The notes beneath the pieces are model-generated. The model was given only the letters and a program-made list of their open reading frames with translations. It did not search any database and was not told where the DNA came from. Positions 18,685 to 28,800 of a stretch of 32,000 bases of DNA are shown one piece after another. Within the stretch, counting starts at the first letter, position 1, and each line of letters opens with the position of its first letter. Source of the stretch: Opitutales bacterium. Its GTDB lineage: Bacteria > Verrucomicrobiota > Verrucomicrobiia > Opitutales > Intestinicryptomonadaceae. The position numbers were made by a program, and so were the translations under genes. Location: positions 17,473 to 49,472 of the forward strand of contig JAVBLZ010000020.1 in NCBI GenBank assembly GCA_031553045.1. Reading direction: 5' to 3'.

Positions 18685-19533
18685 TTGGCGGTGGGCAAAA
18701 ATAAGAACATACGCAATGCTGTAATTTTTATAGCGCTATTTCTCTTTTGCCTTGTCGGGCCTTCTGTATTCAGGCATTTTTCCGACGGCTTATTTACAGA
18801 GTTCAGGGCGCCTGTCGAGGTTGTGTCTTCACATCTTTCAGACTTACAGAAGTTCTGGAGTTTGCATTCCCACTCAAAGCGGGATTTGATTGAAGCGGGC
18901 AGAGACTTGGCAAGGCTCAACGCCTCTTATGAAATTAAACTTCAAGAAAATGATGCGCTCAAAAATCAGCTTTCCAGATATGAGGCTTTGCTGCGTTTGC
19001 CATCGTATCAAAAATATAAGCTTGTGGTTGCAAGAGTTGTGCTGCGTGATCTCAACGCTTGGTGGCAGCACATAGTTGTGCGTCGGGGTTCTATGGACGG
19101 CATCAAAGAAGGTTATGCCGTCATCTATGCGGGCGGCATAGTCGGAAGAGTTGTGCAGGTCAGTTTATATACCAGTGTCGTAGAGCTGGCGTCTTCCCGC
19201 AATTTTAGGCTGGCGGCACATTTTGAGGGCGATGATTCCCCCGTCATTTATCAGGGCGCAGGTTCGTTGAGCTTTCATGACCCTAGGGGCAAGGTTACGG
19301 ATGTGCCTTCAAATATACACGCTTCCACAAACTCTCCAAGAAGGCTTGTTACTTCAAGTTTGGCGGGCTCTTTTCCTGACAATCTTTTTATAGGCGATGT
19401 CTTTGATTTAAAGCTGGACAATTCCGCCATATTCAAAGAGGGCTATGTCAAGCTTTCCAATGCGCTCTCAACTTTGCGTGAGGTTGTGATACTTGCGCCC
19501 ATAGAAGATTCAATAGAAACCAAAACTCCTTAG
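18685..19533 (+). CDS. mreC: Rod shape-determining protein MreC
   Basis: N-terminal TM, a coiled-coil (LQENDALKNQLSRYEALL), then RGSMDGIKEGYAVIYAGGIVGRVVQV and VTSSLAGSFPDNLFIGDV, which are typical of MreC. The start is non-ATG (TTG 18685, or GTG 18691). Confidence 0.85.
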   Translation: MAVGKNKNIRNAVIFIALFLFCLVGPSVFRHFSDGLFTEFRAPVEVVSSHLSDLQKFWSLHSHSKRDLIEAGRDLARLNASYEIKLQENDALKNQLSRYEALLRLPSYQKYKLVVARVVLRDLNAWWQHIVVRRGSMDGIKEGYAVIYAGGIVGRVVQVSLYTSVVELASSRNFRLAAHFEGDDSPVIYQGAGSLSFHDPRGKVTDVPSNIHASTNSPRRLVTSSLAGSFPDNLFIGDVFDLKLDNSAIFKEGYVKLSNALSTLREVVILAPIEDSIETKTP

Positions 19534-19539
19534 GCTCTT

Positions 19540-20094
19540 ATGGCAAACAAGGTTTTTGATATGCGTATTTTTGTGGTGTTGTTTTTCAATATCATTTTTA
19601 CGTATATGCTTTCTGCGGTAAATTCAATGTTGTCGTTTTCTTCTTTGAGTTTGGTTTTGCCCGTACTGTTTTTGATAGGGCCCTGCTATTTTCTAAAATT
19701 TTCATCATGCATTATTGTGGTGGTGTTAAGCGCATTTTATTATGACGCATTTTCTCCGTTGGATAATGGGCTTTTGGCGGCGCTTTGGCTTTTGGGTGCA
19801 CTCTTTTTATATCTTGCCAGAAACAGGTACAGAAACCCAAGCTATGTTTGGATGACCTGTGTGGGGCTTATTGCAAACCAATTTTTATTTTTGCTTTACG
19901 CCATCATTTTCCCCAAGGGCGAGGAGTTTTTTCTGCCCTATATCTCAAGAATTTTTATAGACAATGTGTTTTCAATTTTGATTGGCGCATTGGCAATACC
20001 TTTTGTTTTGTCTTTGCAAAAGACAGTCTTTCGCTTCATGGGCATAGACATTTATTCACCCTCGAAAGGATTAAACGTCTATGAAGACTTTTGA
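19540..20094 (+). CDS. mreD: Rod shape-determining protein MreD
   Basis: A small protein with about 5 TM helices, placed between mreC and mrdA. The assignment rests on position and hydrophobic profile, because the sequence itself is poorly conserved. Confidence 0.6.
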   Translation: MANKVFDMRIFVVLFFNIIFTYMLSAVNSMLSFSSLSLVLPVLFLIGPCYFLKFSSCIIVVVLSAFYYDAFSPLDNGLLAALWLLGALFLYLARNRYRNPSYVWMTCVGLIANQFLFLLYAIIFPKGEEFFLPYISRIFIDNVFSILIGALAIPFVLSLQKTVFRFMGIDIYSPSKGLNVYEDF

Positions 20095-21985
20095 GGTTTT
20101 TACATCAGGCAACGGCAGGTTGTATATTTTCTATGTGCTCTTTCCGCTTATGGCATTTATCCTTATTGCCTCTTTGGCGCACAAGCAGTTTGCAATGTAT
20201 GAAAATTACAAGCTCAAGTCTGACAGGCAGACCTTGCGCAGGATTGTCTCTCCGGGTGCGCGTGGCGATATTTGCGATAGGAACGGAAAAATACTTGTAA
20301 GTAACGCCGCAAAATTCGCCGTCATAGTTTATTACAACGGCGCACGCCGTGATTTTAATGAGGAGCGCAAGCGTCTGCGCAAAGAGCTTATAGATAATCA
20401 CAAAGCTTCAGGCTCTGCAGAAAAGCTCAGGATAGACTACACAGACTTGCTTTTTAAAGCCAGAAAAAATGTTCTTGAAGGTTACATAAAACAGGTCAAT
20501 GAAATTTTGAAAACGGATTATAAGCTTGATAAGGGAGACTTCATGCGCCACTTCAGCCAGCTATCTTTGCTGCCGTTTCCAATCATACGCAACCTTAGCC
20601 CTCGTGAGCACGCAATCTTGGCGGAGAGGCTTTCCGTTGACAGCCCCATACAGATTTTTTCCGACACTGAAAGGTACTACCCTTACGGCGAATATTTGGC
20701 GCACGTGTTAGGCTACGTAAAGCAAAATTATGAAGACCTTGATTCAGACATCCCCGGTGAAGAACTCATGACGTTTTTCTATCAGGGCAAAAGCGGCGTA
20801 AGCGGTATAGAAAAAGCTTTTGACTCAAGCTTGTCCGGAAAAAGCGGTATAGACATTCTTGTTGTTGACCCCGTCGGTTTTGAGTATGACAATCTGCTTT
20901 CTGTGCCGCCTCAAAAAGGCAAAACCATAGTAAGCTCAATAGACATAGATTTGCAAAAAGTCGCCGAAGAAGCCATTGCCGAAGCGGAGGGCGCTGTGGT
21001 TATGCTTGACGTAAAAACAGGGGAAGTTTTGGTGATGGCAAGTAAACCCGGCTACAACCCAAATTTGCTTACGCCCCGTATTTCCCGTGAAGTTTATGCT
21101 GAAATAGTTGAAAGAAAAGCTTGGACAAATAGGGCTACTCAGGGCTTATATTCTCCGGGGTCAACTTTTAAAATCATGACGGCGATAGCGGGCTTGATGA
21201 CAGGCGTTGTAGATGAAAATACGCATATAGAGTGCCATGGCAGCATGAAAGTCGGCAATAGGATATTTCTTTGCAATGCAAAATACGGGCACGGCAAAGT
21301 TAATCTTGAAAGCGCAATAGCAAAAAGCTGCAACATATTTTTCTACCAGACGGGTTTGGATGCAGGTGTAAATGCGGTATCCGAAACTGCAAAAGAATTT
21401 GGCTTGGATTCTTCTCCGAATATAGAGTTGCCTGAAAACAGTTGGCGCAATACAATAGTGCCCAATCCGGCTTTTAAAAAGAAACTAATGGAAGGCCCGT
21501 GGACTTTGGGGGACACCGCAAATATGAGTATTGGTCAGGGTTATGACAGGCAAACGCCTCTGCAAATAGCCTGCATGGCGGCAAGTCTTGCAAGGGGTGA
21601 AACCCGCACAAAAGCTTCAATCTTGCATGACCCAATGCGCATTACCGATATGGAATATCACGGCGCAGAAAAGATAGATTTACCCAAGGAAAAATTTGAT
21701 TTGATATTGAAGGGCATGGTGGGGGCGGTAGAATACGGAACCTGTAAAAAAGCAAAGTTGGATAGCGCAACTTCTGCTGCAAAATCTGGCACGGCGCAGG
21801 TTACAATAGACGGCAACAAAACCAATTTGGCGTGGATGATTTCTTTTGCGCCCGCCGAAGACCCAAAGGTGGCGATAGCCGTTATGACGGTTGGGCAGCA
21901 CGTCGGCGACGTAAGCGGCGGCGGCACGGCAGGGCCTATAGTCAAAGCCGTCTTTGAAAAATATTTTGAAAAACTTAAAGAGTAA
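20081..21985 (+). CDS. mrdA: Penicillin-binding protein 2 (elongasome transpeptidase)
   Basis: N-terminal TM, ARGDICDRNGKILVSN, the class B PBP dimerisation region, and the catalytic triad motifs STFK (SxxK), SCN (SxN) and KSGT (KxGT). The start overlaps the mreD end by 14 nt. Confidence 0.9.
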   Translation: MKTFEVFTSGNGRLYIFYVLFPLMAFILIASLAHKQFAMYENYKLKSDRQTLRRIVSPGARGDICDRNGKILVSNAAKFAVIVYYNGARRDFNEERKRLRKELIDNHKASGSAEKLRIDYTDLLFKARKNVLEGYIKQVNEILKTDYKLDKGDFMRHFSQLSLLPFPIIRNLSPREHAILAERLSVDSPIQIFSDTERYYPYGEYLAHVLGYVKQNYEDLDSDIPGEELMTFFYQGKSGVSGIEKAFDSSLSGKSGIDILVVDPVGFEYDNLLSVPPQKGKTIVSSIDIDLQKVAEEAIAEAEGAVVMLDVKTGEVLVMASKPGYNPNLLTPRISREVYAEIVERKAWTNRATQGLYSPGSTFKIMTAIAGLMTGVVDENTHIECHGSMKVGNRIFLCNAKYGHGKVNLESAIAKSCNIFFYQTGLDAGVNAVSETAKEFGLDSSPNIELPENSWRNTIVPNPAFKKKLMEGPWTLGDTANMSIGQGYDRQTPLQIACMAASLARGETRTKASILHDPMRITDMEYHGAEKIDLPKEKFDLILKGMVGAVEYGTCKKAKLDSATSAAKSGTAQVTIDGNKTNLAWMISFAPAEDPKVAIAVMTVGQHVGDVSGGGTAGPIVKAVFEKYFEKLKE

Positions 21986-22054
21986 GCGCCGCATAATTTT
22001 TTGTTTTAAAATTATAATTGACTTAAATTCTATTTCCACAAACTCCTTTGACTT

Positions 22055-23356
22055 ATGTTTTTTATGCGCAGATTTGTTTTAATTTCATCTCTTTTTTCCG
22101 CCATGCTTTTGCAAGCCCAAGACAAGGCGCTCTTAGACATTCTCGTGAAGAAGGGCGTGGTGGACTCTCAAGAGGCGGCGCAGATTGCAAAAGAATCTGT
22201 TGTTGTGATGCAGAAATCTGAGGCGTCCAAAATCAAACTTTCGGGGCTGATGCAAACTCAGTACGCATATATGGCGGGCGGTATGGATGCCCCGTTTGAT
22301 ACAAATATGGCGGCTTCAAACGGCTTTAAGATACGGCGTGCAATTATAGGTATGGAGGCAAGTTTAGATTACGGCTGGCGTGTAAAGATTGGTCTAGACC
22401 CTTGCCGCTCGGGCAGCCACGGTTCAGATTATGTGGATGAAGCGTATATAGCAAAAAGCGTGGACTATTCTTTTTTAAACGGTGAAATTATTGCCGGCTA
22501 TAAAAAAGTCATATTCAGCTTTGAAGAAAATATTTCCGCCGCAGTGTTGGAGAGTGTAGAAATTTCAATAGTTGACAGATATTTTACGGGCGCTCAGCGC
22601 AACAACAGCAGGCTGGGTTTTGGCGGCAGGACAACCTCTTTGCAATGGCTTGGCAGAGTGGAAAATGTTGAAGGTTTAAGCTACGCATTGGCGGTAGGCA
22701 ACAGTGCAAATGAAAGCCTTTATTCTACAACCTACATAGGCGGCAATCAAAACAAAGAGTCGTCGGCAGTTCCCAATTTGTGGGCGAACGTTGCCTATGC
22801 AAAAAGTTTTGAAAATGTGAAAATCAAAACGGGGCTTTCATTCGGTTATGGTGCAGAAGCCAACGTGGTAAATACGGATAATTATGGCTGCATATTGGCT
22901 GTAAACCCTTATATTCAGGCAGATTTGTATGAAGATTTTACGGTGTGGGCAACTTATCTATATTCTCAAGTTGACAAGGGGAAAAATAATGCAAGCCAGA
23001 CGGCTCACCCGCAGGGCTTTACAATTTCCGGCGAATATAGATTTGAACTTGCCCAGTATGCAAAGCTTGGCTTCACTTTGAAGTATGCTGCTTTATTCAC
23101 AGACGGCAGGGGGCTTACAATGAAAGACGTAATAATTTCCGGGCAAAATGCGCCAACATCCTCTCTCGACGCATACTATGATTCTGCGCAGACTGTTTAT
23201 TCAGGCATAAATTGGTACATCAACGGAAACAATCTGAAGCTTCAGTTCGGTTATGAGTGGGGTGAATTTACCGACACAATTTCAGGCTCTGCATACAACG
23301 GCGCAAAGCGTTCAAACTCTCACATTGTCAGGGCGCAGCTTCAGGCGTTGTTCTAA
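22055..23356 (+). CDS. Outer-membrane porin, OprO/OprP (Porin_O_P)-like
   Basis: Signal peptide, then the short helical LLDILVKKGVVDSQEAAQIAKE motif, FKIRRAIIGMEASL (the F-x-x-RRA-x-x motif of phosphate-selective porins), an alternating beta-strand pattern and a C-terminal Phe. Confidence 0.65.
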   Translation: MFFMRRFVLISSLFSAMLLQAQDKALLDILVKKGVVDSQEAAQIAKESVVVMQKSEASKIKLSGLMQTQYAYMAGGMDAPFDTNMAASNGFKIRRAIIGMEASLDYGWRVKIGLDPCRSGSHGSDYVDEAYIAKSVDYSFLNGEIIAGYKKVIFSFEENISAAVLESVEISIVDRYFTGAQRNNSRLGFGGRTTSLQWLGRVENVEGLSYALAVGNSANESLYSTTYIGGNQNKESSAVPNLWANVAYAKSFENVKIKTGLSFGYGAEANVVNTDNYGCILAVNPYIQADLYEDFTVWATYLYSQVDKGKNNASQTAHPQGFTISGEYRFELAQYAKLGFTLKYAALFTDGRGLTMKDVIISGQNAPTSSLDAYYDSAQTVYSGINWYINGNNLKLQFGYEWGEFTDTISGSAYNGAKRSNSHIVRAQLQALF

Positions 23357-23360
23357 AAAA

Positions 23361-23388
23361 ATGCCCAAACGTTTTTTTACGTCTGGGC
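23361..23388. terminator. Bidirectional hairpin terminator between the porin and GH95 genes
   Basis: Stem TGCCCAAACGT (23361-23371) / ACGTCTGGGCA (23378-23388) with one mismatch, an A-run upstream and a T-rich loop. On the minus strand the stem is followed by TTTTTTT. Confidence 0.7.
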
Positions 23389-23401
23389 AAAAAGATTAGA
23401 G

Positions 23402-25819
23402 CTAATTTTTAATAAGCGCCAGATCTGAATTCAGCTTGTATTCGGTATTTGCTGCGGTGTCAAAACTGACAGATTTGTCTTTGTATTTTACGATACATTT
23501 TCCGCCCAGCTTTGAGAAAATTTTAAGAGTGTTTAGCTTTGAATTTTTCCAAGTAAAATCTAAAACAAAGCCGCCTCTTGCGCATATACCCTTGATTTCA
23601 CCGTTTTTCCAGCAGCTTGGCAAGGCGGGCAAAAGCTCAATATACCCGGCATGGCTTTGCATGAAAACTTCCGACAAGACGCCTGAGAACCCGAGGTTTG
23701 AATCCATACTGAATACTTCAAAAGTATTTGCACGGTGGTGCAGGGCAAAGAGATTGTCGAAAGATTCTTTTGCCAAGAGCCTATTTACCGCATAGTATGC
23801 CTGCTCGGGGTTGTGGAGTCTTGCGGCAAGCGCTACGCCCCAAGTTGCGCTCCAAGCTGTCCAGAACCCGCCATTTTCAATTCTTCTGGTGAGTGATTTT
23901 TGTGCGGCTTCATAAAGTTGCGGCGTGGAATCTTTGGTGATTTCGGTGCCGGGATACAGCCCGTAAAGGTGAGATTGATGCCTGTGTCCGGCACAGTATT
24001 CATCATAATCTCTGCGCCACTCTTGTATGCCGTAGCGACCTATTTTATATGGGAAAAGTTTTGCCGTTTTGGTTTTTAAATTTTCTCTAAAATCTTTGTC
24101 GCTATCCAATATTTCAGAGGCGGCAATGGTGTGCGTGAAAAGCTCTCTTACTATGGCTTGCGTCATGGTGATGCCATAGTCTATGCCCGTGGGCCTTTGT
24201 GAATTGTATAAAAAAGAATTTTCCGGAGAGTGCGATGGCCCTGTAACCAAAAACCCGTTTTCATCTTCACGCAGAAAATCGGCGTAAAATTCCGCCATTG
24301 ATTTCATGAATGGATACGCCCTTTCTTTCAAAAATTTTTCATCTTTGGTGAAAAGATAATGCTGCCAGAAGTGGTCTGCAAGCCATGCGCCGCCGTCATT
24401 CCAACTGTCGTAGATATATTCTAGCCCATATATGGATACGCCCCTGCCTGGGAAAACAGTGCCATTGCAGCCGTAAGATTTTTTTGCAACGTCTCTTGCC
24501 GTGGGAAGGAAAGATTCAAGCATATCAAACAAAGAATCGTTCAAATCCGACAAGTTTGTGGTTTCAGCGCCCCAATAATTTATTTGCAAATTGACGTTTG
24601 TGGTGTATCTGCCGTACCAGTCGGCGAATAAAGATGGGTTCCAGTATTGCAAAGAAGCAGGCAGCGTTCCATTGCGGCAGGTGGAAATAAATGTATAACG
24701 AGAAAAGTTGCTCAGCAGGGCGGTGAGGGCTGGGTCATAGTCGCCGTCGTATTTTAGGCGAGGATCCATCACGCCTTTTCTCACCCTATTCATGCGCATA
24801 TCCGTGGGCATGACACTTGCAGGGGTTGAGTCTAATTTAAGGCTGAATCTTGAAAAATATTTTGAATAGTCTTGCACGTGTTCTTTAAGGAGTGCCTCAA
24901 AACCCTTATTTTGTGCGGAATCCAGACGATCCTTGATTGTGGAAGACATATCTTTTTTATAGTATGCGCTGGTAGGACAAATTAAAATAACAACCTCGGA
25001 AGCGTCTTTGCAGACTAAGCGATTATTTTCAAAATATACTTTGCCGTCTTGGGCGATAATCCTGACATTCACCTGAAACTCCAGACCATTATTGGAAGTA
25101 CGGCCCTTCATGGCAAATTCATTGTCGGAAATTTTTAGTATCTCTACGGGATGCGGATTTTTTAAGTAACGTTGATTTTGCAGGTCTGACCATGTTTCTT
25201 TAAGGTCCATTGGTCTGTTCAACATTGCGCTAAAACTCACTTTTGCATTTTTTGCAGACAACTTAACCACCCCCAATTTTGCGGGGTGCGAAGTAAAGGC
25301 AAGCCTTTCAAATTCAGTCTCTCCAAGTTTGTATTTTACGCTGGCAGTGGCGGTGGCAAGCTTTAAGTCTCTATAATATTCAGTTTCAGGGTAGTCATGA
25401 TTTTCCATGAAAAGCCAAAGATTGCCCATGGTTTCATAGCCGTGTTCCACAGATGTTGTGCCCTCTATAATTATTGCATCTTCACCAGTGTATTCTGGAA
25501 TCCTATCTAATTTTGCCATAAGCTCTGCGGCTTCTTTCATTTTATCTTGAGAGATTAGCTGCATGACTTGCTCTCTTTGAGCCTTATAGTCTGGCGGCAG
25601 ACGTTTTGCGCGTGGTGTGTTAGACCACAAAGTCTCCTCATTAAGTTGCAATCTTTCTTTTTGAACGCCGCCAAAAAGCATTATACCCATAGAGCCATTG
25701 CCCAAAGGCAGTGCGTCCGCCCAGCTTTTTGCGGGCTGCATATACCACAGCTTGTCATCTTGGGAAAATAAATTTAGAGTGCTTAAAAGAAATATTAAAA
25801 CAGATATTTTACGAAACAT
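23402..25819 (-). CDS. Glycoside hydrolase family 95 (alpha-L-fucosidase / alpha-L-galactosidase type)
   Basis: Signal peptide, then the GH95 N-terminal signature LWYMQPAKSWADALPLGNGSMGIMLFGGVQKERLQLNEETLWS, followed by NVNLQINYW (the Asn pair of the catalytic centre) and HRHQSHLYGLYPG. Confidence 0.9.
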   Translation of the reverse strand: MFRKISVLIFLLSTLNLFSQDDKLWYMQPAKSWADALPLGNGSMGIMLFGGVQKERLQLNEETLWSNTPRAKRLPPDYKAQREQVMQLISQDKMKEAAELMAKLDRIPEYTGEDAIIIEGTTSVEHGYETMGNLWLFMENHDYPETEYYRDLKLATATASVKYKLGETEFERLAFTSHPAKLGVVKLSAKNAKVSFSAMLNRPMDLKETWSDLQNQRYLKNPHPVEILKISDNEFAMKGRTSNNGLEFQVNVRIIAQDGKVYFENNRLVCKDASEVVILICPTSAYYKKDMSSTIKDRLDSAQNKGFEALLKEHVQDYSKYFSRFSLKLDSTPASVMPTDMRMNRVRKGVMDPRLKYDGDYDPALTALLSNFSRYTFISTCRNGTLPASLQYWNPSLFADWYGRYTTNVNLQINYWGAETTNLSDLNDSLFDMLESFLPTARDVAKKSYGCNGTVFPGRGVSIYGLEYIYDSWNDGGAWLADHFWQHYLFTKDEKFLKERAYPFMKSMAEFYADFLREDENGFLVTGPSHSPENSFLYNSQRPTGIDYGITMTQAIVRELFTHTIAASEILDSDKDFRENLKTKTAKLFPYKIGRYGIQEWRRDYDEYCAGHRHQSHLYGLYPGTEITKDSTPQLYEAAQKSLTRRIENGGFWTAWSATWGVALAARLHNPEQAYYAVNRLLAKESFDNLFALHHRANTFEVFSMDSNLGFSGVLSEVFMQSHAGYIELLPALPSCWKNGEIKGICARGGFVLDFTWKNSKLNTLKIFSKLGGKCIVKYKDKSVSFDTAANTEYKLNSDLALIKN

Positions 25820-25841
25820 AACATGAGCATGCTAAATGAAA

Positions 25842-28800
25842 TCAGTTTGCTTGGCAATTCATATTTACAATAGTTGCTTCTGGCGAAATAAAATTAGACC
25901 CGTCTGCTTTGGTTCCCGATATTTGGCATTTGAATTCATTTTCTTTGGCGCTAAGCGGCACAGAAAATTCATAAGGGTATGAAGCGCATTTAAGGCTGCC
26001 TTTTTGGGTTTTGCTTGACCACTTTAATTCAAGCTCTTTGAACGCTTCTTCGCCGGCGTTCAGCCACACGTAAGCGTTCCAAAACTCTGGCAAAACTTGA
26101 ATGGGAGCTAAATTCATGCTAAGAGATTTTCCGCAATCAATAACCTGTACACCTGCGGAAGAATCGGCAGCTTTTGGCGTGTAATTTTTATGCGTTACAA
26201 CTTCTATATTCAAGCCTTCTACCATGAGGCAGATTTGACCCCTCGGTGCAATGCTCAAGGAAAGCACATTGTTGGAGAGTTTGAAAGTCTTGGGCGTATC
26301 TTGGGCAATGTCTAAGACAGATTCAAAAGTTTTTGAGCCTTTTGAAATTTGGGAAGGATTAAATGTGATTTTAAAATCTTCCTTCTGCGTTGACTGGTTT
26401 GTCAGGACAACGAAAAATTTATCCTTAGTGTGCGCTGTTATATAATTGATTTGCGGGTTGTCTATATTCACCAAGTTGCGCTTTAACCAAAGCCATGCGC
26501 CTTTTTGTCCGTAGATTTCCCCACTGTCGTGCCCGTAGATAAGATAATCAAAAAAAGCATAACCATGCTGTCTCAAAGATGGAAACTTTACTTTGGATTT
26601 TGAAATAAGTTTTGCGTCTGAAACAAGATAGTCTATCACCCACGACAAATGTACGGGTATGTGGTGATAGTAAATAAAAGAAATGTCCGGCCCTTGAAAG
26701 GGGTATTTAGGGTTCTGCGCCAAATCTGAAAAACCCGCATAATAATAACCGGGGTAATTTGTATATCTGCCGAGTGTGGCATTGCGTGCATACATCTCAA
26801 AAGTTTTGTCGCCCGTATATTCTGCAAGGCGCAAAAACCCCGACGCCCAAGGCGCTTGAAATATCATTCTGCCGCCTTGTTCTTGAAAGGTGTAAGTGCT
26901 GGGCTGTTCAAAACCCAAGCCCACATCTGAAACTAGGCTTGCCTCCACTTGCTTTGGCTTCAAAGCGGCTTCCAGACCGTCTGGAAAGTTAAGCCTGAAT
27001 TCATCAAAGCCCTTGTAGAGCTTTCTATGACGCTTGTCTATCGGCGTGCCTTTGCCGTCGTAAATTGTTACTTTGCCCTGAGGAATTTGCGGCCACGACC
27101 AAATACCCGTCATCAAAACTCTGGCAGCTTTTACCGCCGCATCCAGAAAGCGTTTTTCTTGCGTGGTTTCATAGAGCCTTAAAAGCCCTTCCCAAGCGGT
27201 TACGTTTGTTAGCAGGAAAAATGGGCTCAAACCCATATCTTCAGTTGCGGGGGCGGTTATGCGCTCGTCAATAAATTTATCTGCAAGGCGTTTGGCTTCT
27301 TCCAAATCTGCGGGGTTTTTGAAATGCAAATAACGAGCCAGATAAATTTCAAAACTTGGGTGTCTGGATTTACCTACAGTTATCTCCTCATTCAGATTTT
27401 CGGGAAATTTTTCTTTGCTGTATGCGATATTGCGGAAGGCTGGCGTGAACTTGTTTGTAAGCTGCCAAATATCTGAATACACGGCGGAAGAAAACATTCT
27501 TACGGGCCCGTTCATAGAGCCTTTGGGATACGTACCCGCACGGCTTGGTGCAGGTGAAAAATGTTCTCCGCTTCTTGACAAAATAAACTCTAAAGTTGGA
27601 AGGGCTCTTTTTTCATACATATTCATATCTCCGCTTAACATGAAAAGAGAAAGCGGGGTAAGCGGCGTGGAGTTTGTAACACAACCCTTGCCCTCTATCT
27701 GGTATGAGCCCTTTGCTTTTTCCCACCAGCCGCCAAATTCGTCGTCCAAAAATAAATCCATCATGTTGAGGCAGGTTTCCGTGAGGGATGTTGACGAATT
27801 TTTACGATAGTCTTTAACTTCAAAAATCTCCTTGGTTACCGTGGCAAAAGAAGTCTGAACGTCGGAATTTTTTACAAGCACATTGAAAGAGAATTTTACC
27901 TCAGAACCACTTGAAAACTTTGAATATTCCGTGCCCACAACCGGACCATAGATAGACGGTTGCAGAAGTTCTCTGAAATTTTTTATATGCAAAACGTATC
28001 TGGGTTTGCATGGCGTGGGAAATTCAAAGGGGGTAACCTTCGGGTCTCCCACAATTCCTATTGTAAAGGCTTTGTCTGACTTTCCAATCTGCATGATAGA
28101 AAGCGGAGTTGGCGCATGCGTTTGCGGCAGAGAGTAAGAGGCTTTTGGAAAACGCTTTTGTTGTATAAGCATGGGCATCAAGAGTTCCTCAACTTCATCA
28201 ATATTTTTTTCATCAAACAGATAGTAGCCCAAAGAGTATTGCATTTCTTTATTTGGCGTAAAAGAAAGCTTAACATTGGCGTAACAAGAGTTTTCTCCCA
28301 AGTCCCAAGACGCTTTAAGAATGCCGCTTTCAAGAGGATAAAATTCCAGCTCCAATTTTTTTTCGGAAATCTTTTTGACGGATTTTATTATGGCTTCTTC
28401 AGATTTTCCTGCGCTCCAGATGCAAAACTTGCTGTTGGAGTTTGTGGTATAAGAGGCGTTGCCGCAATTTATTTTCACTTCCTTAATTGGAGAATTATCC
28501 CAAAGCGGAAAAAATCTTGCCTGTTTCATTACAAGGCTGATGTCTTTATTTGCGCTGATTACCTGATAAGATTCTTTGCTGGAATTTACGGGCAAATCTA
28601 CAAAGCCTTCATTTGTTTTTGCCTTGATTTTTATTGCCGCACTATCAACGCCATTGCGCTTTGCGCTTACAAAGCGGACTTTCATAAAGTCGTTTTCAAT
28701 TTCCGCAAAAACTTTTGAACTGTCAATGCTTTCGCAAGAAGACATTTTTACTTCTTCGGAATCTTTATCCACATCTAGCCTGACGATTTCCGCCAAGGGC

